DNA from: Octopus bimaculoides | Taxonomy: Eukaryota | Length of the DNA stretch: 54,162 nucleotides | Direction: 5' to 3' | Assembly: GCF_001194135.2 (NCBI RefSeq) | Contig: NC_068989.1 | Coordinates: 44,171,140 to 44,225,301 of the forward strand | Shown: positions 34,635 to 46,520 of the stretch, piece by piece | Numbering within the stretch: position 1 is the stretch's first letter | How the letters are laid out: each line of letters starts with the position of its first letter | The notes under the pieces: model-generated | The model's input: only the letters and a program-made list of their open reading frames with translations | The model's database searches: none | What the model was told of the DNA's origin: nothing | Program-made: the position numbers and the translations under genes

Positions 34635-36169
34635 CTAAAAGAGATGGGAGGGAGAAAAAAATTCAGAAAATACATGTACTATTGATTTCCTGACATTAAA
34701 GAACTTGTGTACTTGAGAAATAGGAAGACTGGTGGAAGACCTTGCTTTCAATGCCCCAGCCAAAAAATATAAAGAAAAAGCAGACAGGCAGCATATAGAC
34801 AGACAGACAAATAGACAAGCAGACGGGGGCGGGGAGTCAGACAGACAGACAGGGAAAGTAGGTAGGTAGACAGGCAGGGAAAAAAAGAAACTAGACAGAT
34901 TGACAGATGTGATAATTAAAGAGATAGCTAGATAGAATGATGGATATTTTAAACAGACAGGCAAGTAGATGAGACAGATGGATTGATAAACAGATAGATG
35001 GACAAACAGACAGAAGTATGAGCTATTTCCTTTGAACACTATTCCTGTCTTGTAAGTATTCAATGAGGATGATTCTTTTGTAAATTTATAGAATGCTCAT
35101 GTTTCATTTTTTAAATATTTTCTGCAGCCTTGGTTTCTCTTTTTGCCTTCAACTTGTCAGAGAAAAGTCTGAGTTTGTCAAAGATTTCTATGGTTAATTG
35201 TCCTACAGATGAGAAAATTTCTTCCAAAACCAGTGACAAGGAGAGTATTTATAGGCAACCATTTTGAAACATGCAGCTGCTCTTCCCTGATTAGAAATTC
35301 ACATTTACACCAATAATAATTGGTGCAGGTGGTTTTGTTAATAAATGTTTAAGTGACAATCTAGGAAAGCTAGGATTCCCAAGCAAAGAAAATTACAAAC
35401 TGTCACACACTGCAAAACAGAAACAGTAAAAATGTGCATTTATAAGACTTTTCTAAAGCTAAGCATGTAACACTTATCATTGTAGTTAATCCAAATTCCA
35501 ATGGAGGAGTTTTATTTCCTTGTTAGAAACTAGTTCCTTCTTTGAAGAAAGAATTAAAATAATTATAACTGAATAATAGACACAAATCATATATGCATAC
35601 AGCAAGATACATACAACATTCATAAATAGAGTGCACATACATACAAACAAATGTGTGTGTGTGTGTGTGTTTATTTTTATGTTGAGTAATAATAAAGACA
35701 ATTTAACAAAGAATTACTCAGTACTTTTCTGTAGAGTACATATTTATAATACACAAGTGCATTTTATGTAGCACCAGCACATGTAAAGGACAAGCCTGTA
35801 TGTATGGATGGCAGTGATTTTACTTAGCTTGGTGTGTTTTCTCATGTAGAGTAAATTGTCAGAATTCCCAGTCCTTCGTCATTTAAGAGGCTCAGCATCC
35901 AAAGATCCTTTCTCACCACTTATCCCACATCTTTCTGGCTCTACCCCTTTCACAGGTTTCCACCACAATTAGAGCTCAGCAACAAAATAGAAATAAAATT
36001 TTACCATTTATTGTTTCTGTGTAGTCTGATCCAGTACCAAATGACCCATGGCCCGAAACTGATTTACAGCCTGGTGGTTGGAGACCCCTATTCTACAGGG
36101 TTAGCAATTAATGAGCAAAACTGTTAAAAAAAAAAAAAAAAAGAAGGGAAAAACTTCATTCTCACATAC

Positions 36170-36314
36170 CTAATTTCAAAAAATTATCTTCAGCATCAAT
36201 GATTTCCAAGTTTATGAAGAAATGAAAATCTTCAGTATTGGCAAGATTTAGTCCTTGGTTTGAGATTTTCAAGCTGAATACATCTTCTGGATCAGTAACT
36301 TTGCAATATTTCAG
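36170..36314 (-). CDS. XRRA1: XRRA1-like exon 3 (LKYCKVTDPEDVFSLKISNQGL...IDAEDNFLKL)
   Basis: Acceptor ttttccccttctag, donor GTATGT; 145 nt, phase 0 to 1; first LRR-like unit. Confidence 0.9.
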
Positions 36315-36659
36315 CTAGAAGGGGAAAAACAATAAACGGAAAATTTAAGGAAAAAAAAAAGTGGAATAACATTTATAAAAAGTGATTCNNNNNNNNNNNN
36401 NNNNNNNNNNNNNNNNNNNNNNNNNNNNNNNNNNNNNNNNNNNNNNNNNNNNNNNNNNNNNNNNNNNNNNNNNNNNNNNNNNNNNNNNNNNNNNNNNNNN
36501 NNNNNNNNNNNNNNNNNNNNNNNNNNNNNNNNNNNNNNNNNNNNNNNNNNNNNNNNNNNNNNNNNNNNNNNNNNNNNNNNNNNNNNNNNNNNNNNNNNNN
36601 NNNNNNNNNNNNNNNNNNNNNNNNNNNNNNNNNNNNNNNNNNNNNNNNNNNNNNNNNNN

Positions 36660-36807
36660 AGCCGAGCAAATTGACCCCGGGACTTATTCTTTGTAAGCCT
36701 AGTACTTATTCTATTGTTCTCTTTTGCCAAACCGCTAAGTGACGGGGACGTAAACACACCAGCATCGTTTGTCAAGCAATGCTAGGGGGACAAACACAGA
36801 CACACAA

Positions 36808-36852
<45 letters not shown>

Positions 36853-37621
36853 TATGTATGTGTGTATATGTGTGTGTGTGTGTGTGTCTGTCTGTCTGTC
36901 TATGTGGTGGTGGTATTGCTGGTAGTGTTGATATTGGCAGTGGTTCTGCTCTTGTTGTTGTTTAGTGTTTGTATTGGAGTTGTTGATGGTGGTGTTTCTT
37001 GTCTTGTGGAGATCCAAGTTATTGATCAACCCCCAGCCCAGGTCTGTTCTGATTAAGTAAAAAAGCTTATGACCGGTCACTATGTTATTCAGGTATGGTA
37101 TTTCTTGGGTTAAATTATTCACCATGTCATTCGAGCGAGTTTGAGTGAGATCGTTGCCAGTGCTGCTGGACTGGCTCCCGTGCAGGTGGCACGTAAAATA
37201 CACCATTTTGAGCATGGCCATTGCCAGTACCGTCTGACTGGCCTTCGTGCCGGTGGCATGTAAAAGCACCCACTACACTCTCAGAGTGGTTGGCGTTAGG
37301 AAGGGCATCCAGCTGTAGAAACTCTGCCAAATCAGATTGGAGCCTGGTGTAGCCCTCTGGTTTTACCAGTCCTCAGTCAAATCGTCCAACCCATGCTAGC
37401 ATGGAAAGCAGACGTTAAACGATGATGATGATGATGATGATGATATATACACATATACGACGGGTTTCTTTCAGTTTCCGTCTACCAAATCCACTCACCA
37501 GGCTTTGGTCGGCCCGAGGCTATAGTAAAAGACACTTGCCCAAGATGCCACGCAGTGGGACTGAACCCGGAACTATGTGGTTGGTAAGCAAGCTACTTAC
37601 CACACAGCCACTCCTGCACCT
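36660..37621 (-). mobile_element. SINE family B split at its internal microsatellite by an insert that includes an RTE tail (37125-37443, +)
   Basis: 3' body 36660-36815, (CA/TA/TG)n, insert, (GAT)n, then 5' half 37445-37621. Confidence 0.85.
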
Positions 37622-37624
37622 TAT

Positions 37625-37800
37625 TCATTATTATCTAACGAAGTCTATAATATAGTATATTCTATAATACAGTATATTCTATAATACACTAAATTCTATA
37701 ATATAACAGTGTGTTCTATAATGCAGTTTATTCTACATCAAAATAGTGTATTCTACAATATAGTATATTCAATAATATATGACTATAGTCTATTATATAA
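37625..37800. repeat. Degenerate AT-rich minisatellite, unit about 17 bp (ttctataatacagtata)
   Basis: ttctataat/ttctacaat recurs at 17-20 bp spacing. Confidence 0.75.
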
Positions 37801-38167
37801 TTGTGTATTTTCTGAAGTTATTAGATATGATGTGTGTATAAACAGTTTAGTTACTTGTTTTGCTGCGATTGGTCAAATACCACCAGGGCTGAATTTACCT
37901 GTCATCCTTTCGGGGCTCAATAAAATAAGTACCAGCCGAGCACTGGGGTTGATGTAATCTACTTACATCCTTTCCCAGAAGTGATAGCCTTGTGCCAAAA
38001 TTTGAAACCAATATTTACTTCTTTTGCCTAAACCCAATTTTGAGGTACCAATTTCATCAATTACAGTATATTTCCATTGCTTATACTTTTTAAAACCTTA
38101 GATAATGAAAGATAATGCTGATTATCTGGGTTTAATTCTATGATGAAGAAGACTGTTGTTTCTGCAC

Positions 38168-38168
38168 T

Positions 38169-38208
<40 letters not shown>

Positions 38209-38291
38209 AAGTAGTGGCGGTGGTAGTGGTAGTAGTAGTAGTGGCGGTGGTGGCGGTAGTAGTAGTAGTAGTAGTGGCGGTGGTAGTGGTA

Positions 38292-38328
<37 letters not shown>

Positions 38329-38391
38329 CAGTAGTAGTGGTAGTAGTAGTAGTAGTAGGAGGAGGAGGAGGTATATTTTTACATTGTACAA
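38168..38391. repeat. (GTA/GTG/GCG)n compound trinucleotide microsatellite
   Basis: Direct reading; it produces the poly-S/T/V/L ORFs in the track. Confidence 0.97.
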
Positions 38392-39394
38392 AGAAAATAA
38401 AATTGTTATTTAAACTTATATAAAAACATATCAGAATCATATCAGGCTTGGAAAATTCTTTAAAAACTATAGATATTGAAAAGATTGGATCTTTCTTTGT
38501 ATTTCCACAGAAGTATCTATCTGGCAAAGCAACCAGCTTATCCTCTAAAGAATTAAACTGGTAACTTGTAGCAACTAAAACTAAATAGATTTAAGAAAAT
38601 TTTTTAAAAGATTTTTGAGACATACCTTTATGATTTTTGCTTTCTGAATATGGCTTGGATTTCATTACTGGAATTAATCTTTGCACATAATATAGTATTG
38701 AACTGGTACAACTGTTGTACTCTGTAAGATTGCAGGTATGTACTTGATAACACTTTAAGGGTTTAAATATTCTTTTCTACTCTAGGCACAAAGCCCTAAG
38801 GGTTTAAATATTGTCTTAAGATAAGGTAGCAAACTGGCTGAATCATTAGCATGCGAGGCAAAATGCTTAGCGGTATTTTGTCTGTCTTTATATTCTAAGT
38901 TCAAATTCTGTCAAGGTCAGCTTTGCCTATTATTCTTTCGGGGCCGTTATAATAGACTTACCCCCTTCCTTCCAAATTGCTGGCCTTGTGCCAAAACTTG
39001 AAACCAATATTGTCTTAGGTAACTCAGTTTTAGTTTTTGTGTCTAATTTTAACTGCATAGAGCATATAAATACAAATAAAATAGCCTATGTAAAATCTGT
39101 AGTACGTGTGAAACTATAAATTTTTTTTTTTTCGTATGTGTACATATACGAGCTTGCACACACTCACATGCTCATACCGAACAGTTTCAAAACAACACCA
39201 TATCATACATTCAAAATAAATGGAAGTGGAGAGACAAGTTACTGAAGAGATTGCAAGAGTGCAATGAAATGATTTAACAAAAAAACTATATACTGTTTAT
39301 AAATTAATAAAGGACTGAACCAGTGCGTGTGTTTATTACCGGCATAATGCCTCTCCCAAGGTTTAATTATAAATTTTTTTTTAGTTATGTTTTA

Positions 39395-40955
39395 TGAGGG
39401 TTGTCCTGAAGTGGGTATAACACTTTTATTAGTTGACTTATGTCTTTCAAACAGCACATGTTAGTAGAGTAACTCTTCCTCTATGCAAAGGTACTACTCA
39501 ACATAGTCTCCATTAGAAGCAATGCATCTGTGCCATCACTGAACCCAACTCTCAAATCCTCTTTCAAAAAATTCAAGTGTGCACTGTTACAACCAATTCT
39601 TCACAGTCACTTTCCCCTTCTTAGCATCATGAAGTTATTGTCCTTGGAGACTGTCATTCATCACACCAAACAAATGGAAGTCAGAGGGTACCAGATCTGG
39701 ATTGTAAGATGGATAAGGGAAACACTGACAAGCCCAATTTGCTGATTATCTGATTTCTGAGAAAAGATGTGTTGTTGTTGTTGACCTTCAGTGCAGTTGA
39801 ACAACTAATCCCAACCAATCGGGATTCACAGTATTGGTTGTACTATTCGTCCTTTTGATCACTGAATATAAGACGTAGCTTATAAGACCTCCATTCAGGT
39901 GATGTTCCTGAGTCACCATCTCACCCTTGTATGCCAGTCCATCACAAGGTTACCCCTATACAGCTGGGTGGATGGATACAACATGAAATGAAATGTTTTC
40001 CTCAAGAACATGACACAGCTGGGAATCAAAACCATGATCTCATGATCACGAAAGCAATCCCTTAACCATGGCTGAATGTGGATCATTTTTAAGATTCTTG
40101 TTTGGTCTCTTTCTTCTAATAGCTTCCCTAATCTTTTTGAGTGTCCCAATGTAGTGCTTGCTGTTCATGGTACAGCCATATTCCAGAAAATTGAAGAGAG
40201 GGATGCATTTTCATACCCTCAAAACAGTCATCATGACTTTCTCGCTAGCTCTTGAACTCCTTAGGCCTTGGAGAAATGGTGTGATGCCATTCCATGGACA
40301 GGCCTTTGTTTCTGGATCACAAAGACATGGCCACATTTCATCCCCAGCTAATGATCTGGATTAAAAAAAAAAGAAAAAGATATTTATCTTCATTGGATTC
40401 AAATAATTCCTGCAAATCTTAGCAGACTTTCACATTTTTCTCCCTCAGATCAGGTGTTTGCTGCCAAGGTGCCCACTTTGCACACTCTTTCCAATACCCA
40501 AAGTCTTCCAGCATGTTCTTCTGTAATGCATTGTGAATACAGTAGTTGTGCAGCAAGCTCATGAATTGTGACTCATCTGTCCTCATGAATGACTTCTTCA
40601 TCTTCTTGCTAGCAATTTATATCAGTGGTTGCAGTTCATGGGTTCACACAGTATGGTCTGTCCTCAATGATGGTTTCCCCTTCTTTAAACATCTTCATCC
40701 ATCTGTGCACATTGCTTTTATCAACGGTGTCATCTCCAATAAACAACTTGTAGCCTTCTATAAATGTTAGACAGCCTGCATCCCTTCCTACAACAAGAAC
40801 TCACAGCACATTGCTTCTCCTTGGAACCCATTATTTGTCTGTAACGAAGAAGAAAGGATAAAGAGTTGCTTTAAAGGAAGTGTGCAATTTGAACAATGTA
40901 TGCCAACAAATAAAAAGTTACACCTACCTTTACATAACTTTCAGTATAACCCCTG
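39395..40955 (-). mobile_element. Near full-length decayed mariner (DD34D, irritans-like) with both TIRs and a SINE insertion
   Basis: Termini ta|tgagggttgtcctgaag and actttcagtataacccctg|ta. N-terminal HTH at 40420-40830; GDEMW..DPETK..KVMMTV at 40075-40365; YNPDLVPSDFHLFG and WHRCIASNGDYVE at 39490-39745. Confidence 0.85.
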
Positions 40956-41093
40956 TAATTTACTACTATAAAACTCCTAACTTTAATCAGAAATATCCTG
41001 AAAGTCAACAATCTTATGCATATCAAGTTGCATGAAGTAACAATTTTCAAACTAACCAAATTATTAATATGACTGAAACCTTGTACAACTTAC

Positions 41094-41266
41094 AATATAA
41101 TGAGTATCAAAAAGAAAGGAAGTTTTTCCCCAAATGCCTTTACTAGATTTTCTACTTGTATGTCGTTTTAATTCTTTCTTGATTTCCTCATTGGACATAA
41201 TCTTTGTTTTTAATACAGTATTAAGACGGCGCAGCTGTTCCGCTTTGTAAGCCTGCAACCATGCAC
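41094..41266 (-). CDS. XRRA1: XRRA1-like exon 2 (GAWLQAYKAEQLRR...FDTHYI)
   Basis: Acceptor ttttgtatattaccag, donor GTAAGT; 173 nt, phase 1 to 0. Confidence 0.88.
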
Positions 41267-41875
41267 CTGGTAATATACAAAAGAAGTGATTTTTCAGTCA
41301 GAGCTTTTTTTAATAATATGCTTCAGACTAAAGTAGATGTGCTGTAGTGATAGTGTGCACATGTGCATAAAAATTAATGGTAGTTACCAGAGTAGATGTG
41401 CCAAAGTTACGGTGTACATGTGCATGCAACAACTGATGATGGTGATCAAAGTATATCTGTAAACAGATACCATGGGGTAGTTCCATATCATTATGATAAA
41501 CAGTGAGAACACTGCAAAATTTTGTAAAATCACTGTATGCCTCATTAGCTTCCAGTATTTAGTTCAAGTCCTACTGTTGGAGGGGAAAAGCAGCAAATAG
41601 CCACTGCTATATCATTAATACAATAATACATAACATTGTTTTTTCCTTACTAGCAAGGGCTACACAGGGATTTATTTGAGGCAGTGTCACCAACCGTTAC
41701 CTATTTTTCAACTAAGGGATTTTTTTTTTTATTGCAATGGTCTTTGAAAATGCAGAGCAACCAGATTACATGTTAACAAAGACTGTAAAAATCATGTTAC
41801 CATTTCATGAAGATAGTGACAAGCAAAGCAAACAAATGCCAACCTTTATGTACATACAAAATATGCACATCATAT

Positions 41876-41911
<36 letters not shown>

Positions 41912-43029
41912 AGAATTCACAAAAAAACAAAAGACGAAGACAGGTGGTGTAGAAAACAAACAGATGTATTAGTATAACGCTCGGGAATTGAAAAAGTCTT
42001 TAACGTTTTGAGCCTATGCTCTTCCACAGAAAGGAACACAGAAAGAAACAAGGAGAGAAAAAAATATGTGTAGTGGTTAGCGATCTATCATGGCGAATGC
42101 CGGACAGAACGGTCACACAGGAGAGCTAAGAAGAAGGGGAGATAACAAAGTAGTAGTGATCCCAAAACGAAGGTGCGCGTGNNNNNNNNNNNNNNNNNNN
42201 NNNNNNNNNNNNNNNNNNNNNNNNNNNNNNNNNNNNNNNNNNNNNNNNNNNNNNNNNNNNNNNNNNNNNNNNNNNNNNNNNNNNNNNNNNNNNNNNNNNN
42301 NNNNNNNNNNNNNNNNNNNNNNNNNNNNNNNNNNNNNNNNNNNNNNNNNNNNNNNNNNNNNNNNNNNNNNNNNNNNNNNNNNNNNNNNNNNNNNNNNNNN
42401 NNNNNNNNNNNNNNNNNNNNNNNNNNNNNNNNNNNNNNNNNNNNNNNNNNNNNNNNNNNNNNNNNNNNNNNNNNNNNNNNNNNNNNNNNNNNNNNNNNNN
42501 NNNNNNNNNNNNNNNNNNNNNNNNNNNNNNNNNNNNNNNNNNNNNNNNNNNNNNNNNNNNNNNNNNNNNNNNNNNNNNNNNNNNNNNNNNNNNNNNNNNN
42601 NNNNNNNNNNNNNNNNNNNNNNNNNNNNNNNNNNNNNNNNNNNNNNNNNNNNNNNNNNNNNNNNNNNNNNNNNNNNNNNNNNNNNNNNNNNNNNNNNNNN
42701 NNNNNNNNNNNNNNNNNNNNNNNNNNNNNNNNNNNNNNNNNNNNNNNNNNNNNNNNNNNNNNNNAGGAATCAGAGCAAGAGAGGAGAGGTAGGTGGGAGG
42801 AAGTAGGAGGGAGGGGGAGAGAGGCAAGAGGAGGAGATTAGATGAAGAGGGGAGGAGAGACGAGTACATGTGGCGCAAAGGAGTGAAGAGAGAAGATTAA
42901 TCCTTGTTCACGGCGCAAACAGGAGTCCGGATGGCCCCCGTGCAAGGACAATCCGAACACAGACAGGTGTTGCAAAGAGTGACTGGTAGAGTGGAAATGG
43001 CGTGAGACCGGAGTGTCATTGCCAGTCAC

Positions 43030-43493
43030 CTAGTCACCTACCGTTCTGGTAGACACACTAGCCAAATTGACTATATCCTCGCCAGAAAAAGGGAAAGATG
43101 ACTGCTTCTAAATGCCAAAACATTTCCAGGTGAAGAATGTACCCCACAACAGAGACTAGTAGTTAGTGACTTCAGGATTAGGGCTAAATGGATGCCCAGA
43201 TGACGACCAGCATGGAAGAGAAGGGTCTTGAAGTTTAAAGATCCTGCGAATGGACAGAGATTTAGAGACAAGTCTTTGACGAAGCCTTTGACAAAATAGA
43301 GGGGGAAGACAACTGGAGGTTTCTACAGGACAACCTGCTGAGAGCTACTGACCAGATCTGTGGATGGTGCAAAGTCCCCTCTCAACCTAAGGTAATGTGG
43401 TGGCGGAACAATGTAGTTGACAGGGCTATTAGACAAAAGAAACAGGCTTGGAAGGACTGAATGGTGGTAGCAGGGAATTGTATCAGACTACCA

Positions 43494-43495
<2 letters not shown>
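43030..43495 (+). mobile_element. RTE fragment (end of endonuclease plus linker)
   Basis: VTYRSGRHTSQIDYIL, GEECTPQQRLVVSDF, ATDQICGW, RAIRQKKQAWKD. Confidence 0.8.
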
Positions 43496-43525
<30 letters not shown>

Positions 43526-43929
43526 NNNNNNNNNNNNNNNNNNNNNNNNNNNNNNNNNNNNNNNNNNNNNNNNNNNNNNNNNNNNNNNNNNNNNNNNNNN
43601 NNNNNNNNNNNNNNNNNNNNNNNNNNNNNNNNNNNNNNNNNNNNNNNNNNNNNNNNNNNNNNNNNNNNNNNNNNNNNNNNNNNNNNNNNNNNNNNNNNNN
43701 NNNNNNNNNNNNNNNNNNNNNNNNNNNNNNNNNNNNNNNNNNNNNNNNNNNNNNNNNNNNNNNNNNNNNNNNNNNNNNNNNNNNNNNNNNNNNNNNNNNN
43801 NNNNNNNNNNNNNNNNNNNNNNNNNNNNNNNNNNNNNNNNNNNNNNNNNNNNNNNNNNNNNNNNNNNNNNNNNNNNNNNNNNNNNNNNNNNNNNNNNNNN
43901 NNNNNNNNNNNNNNNNNNNNNNNNNNCCT

Positions 43930-46520
43930 AATTCTCTCATACTTCACTCTCCCCCTCTCAAACTTCGAACAACCATCATGAACTATCTTCCTCCATCCAT
44001 CATGGTCTTGTGCCTCCCTCTCCCAATTACCAGCTGCAATTCCTGTCTGTATTAGAGCATTTTTAAAGCAATCCTTAAACCTTAGTTTAGGCTTATGCGC
44101 TGGTCTCCTGCCATCTTCCAGCTCACCAGTCGCTCATCACTCATCCTTACCAAATGTTCCCCCCCTACCTCAAATGTCCTTGCAAAATGACTCTATACTT
44201 CTACTGCCACTCCTCTCAAGCACCTCCACATTACTAATGGCCATTTTCCAGTTTATCCCCAAAATTTTTCTCAGACAGTATTGATGAAGTCGCATTTACC
44301 AAGTGCTGCAAATCTTTCTGAGAATGTGCCAACAGGTCACAATCATTTGCATACAGAAACTCAACAAGGTGAGAATGCAGAACTTTCGTTTTGAAACAGA
44401 GTCTTTTGAAATTGAACAGTTTTCCTGTTGTCATATATCTTATATAGGCCCCTTTGGGGCAATCTTTAAAAGCTATTTGAAAGACTATTGCAAAATATAT
44501 AGCAAACAGTGTAGGAGAAGGAATATCACCTTGCTTTACACCAGTTTCTACAGAAATTGGATCTGATAAGGTACTCCAAAATTAACTCTCACTTCCATTT
44601 TGTCATGAACTTGTCTAAGCATTCTCACAAATTTTTCAGGGCATCCTAGCTTTTTTATGATCTCCCAAAGTGCAATTCTATTGATAGAATCAAACCCTTC
44701 TGTTAGGTCAATGAAAACTTGGTATAAGTCCATATCCTGTTCTATGCACTTCTCTTGCAACTGTCTAGCCAAAAATATCATGTCCATAGTACTCCTACTA
44801 TCCCTAAACCCACATTGCAATTCTGGTAGAACCTCATCAGCAATGTGCAGAAGCAATCTGTCCAGCATTACCCTAGAAAGGACCTTTCCAGCAACAGCTA
44901 ACAGATAGATGCCACAATAATTATCACTGACATCCTTTCCACCGTCAGATTTATATAGTATTTCCATAGTTGCATCACGCCAATCCGGAGGAACCTCTTC
45001 ACTTTGCCAAACTCTCTGAATCACATCCGTCAACATTGTACAAAGATGATCACCACCATATATATCTCTGCACCTAGTCCATCATACCAGGGGCTTTGCA
45101 TTGTTCAATTCCTTGATTGCTGCTTTTATTTCAGCCAGGTTTGGAACTTTTGTTATAAGATATTTTATTGGTCTCTTGGGTATATTATCAAGAAAAGAGA
45201 GATCAACTTCAGTGGGTCTATTGAGCAACTCATCAAAATGTTCTTTCCATCTCCCAACAATATCTTTAGGATTTGTTAATAATTCTGTGCCATCCTTGCT
45301 CCAAAGTGGCGCACCTTTGATGAAACTGGTCCACAAACGTTGTTCAAGAGAGAGTAAAAAAGTTTTGAAATGTTAGCATTTGAAGCTGCTTGGCTTTCAT
45401 CACATCTATCACTCCACCAATTTTCCTGCATCATCTGTAGCTTCCTCAGCACTGTTGCTTTTACAGCCTTGAAATATGTAGCTACTGTCCTGTTCGTTGA
45501 CATGTCAACATTTTGCAACATGTTAAATGCCTTTCACTTCTCCTCTAAGATAAGATTAACTTCTTCATCATTATCGTCAAACCAATCTTGGTGTTTTTTT
45601 TACAACAAAGCCACTTTCTTTGAATGACTTCCAGCTTCCATCACAGGACAAATTATTTATCTCACTCACAAACTCATTGCGACTGACGGAATCTTAAGTT
45701 TATTCACATCAATCCATTTAGGTAATTTGTCATTATTTATTCTAACCTTAGGCTTGACAACAAAATTCACCTTGGCACGCAAAAGCCTATGATCAGTCCA
45801 GCACTCTGCACCACTCATACAATAGCAAAGTCCCTAGTATCTCATTTCCTGGTGAGGATGTAATCTATAAGAAGTCATTTCTTAGAACTAGAGTGTATCC
45901 ATGTCGTTTTATACTTATTCTTTCATGACACACAAATCCATTTCTACACACATTTGTAACAGTAGCAAACCATTACTGTTGGAACTCTCAACCCCATGCT
46001 TTCCTAGGACACCCCAAGTCTCCCAATCTGCACCAACACGAGCATTAAAATCACCCAAAATGACAACTTTGTCATCATGGGGGATATCGCGTATAATCTC
46101 TGTAAGTGACAGAAGGCAAGTTTATCATCCTCTGATGAATTCATAGTTGGAGCATATGCACTTATATGTGTCGCATAGCAACTTTTTCTTAATAGCAGCC
46201 GTAAAGACATTAAACAATCCGAATGACCACATGGTAGTTCCTCAAGTTTTGAAGCCAGAATGGTTTTGATAGCATATCCCACTCCTGATTCTTTCTTATA
46301 GGTCTCCTCTCTACCGCTCTAAAAGAAATGATATCCAGCAGATTTCTCTACGAAATTCCCCTTTCCATGAATTCTTGTTTCAGCTAACGCTACAACATCC
46401 ATATCATATCGCTGCAACTCTTTTGCAACAAGCGCAGATTTTCTCTCTGGACGAGATTTCAGACAATCATTGTCTAATAACATTCAAACATTCCAACATC
46501 CTCTACTCATAGGCTTGCAT
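43930..46520 (-). mobile_element. RTE-clade LINE, decayed: endonuclease, RT (YAND) and C-terminal piece, with internal deletions
   Basis: WNV, ALAETR, SAYAPT, GDFNARVG, QCGFRDSRSTMDMIF..RQLQEK, FIDLTEGFDSINR, FLYANDC, then NVEVLERSG..PAHKPKLRFKD at 43930-44235. Confidence 0.9.

Noticed and set aside
38138-38570. Minus-strand frame ATSYQFNSLEDK...MPDRYFCG as a possible exon
   Set aside because: Exons 2 and 3 already join in phase and preserve the FDTHYI|LKYC motif; there is no good donor and the frame runs into a microsatellite.
3560-46520. RTE piece at 44.3 kb ends at LVNA and the piece at 4.4 kb starts at ACVHFG, as if two halves of one element
   Set aside because: The 44-kb element has its own, different C-terminal segment (43930-44235), and collinear host exons lie between them; treated as coincidence.
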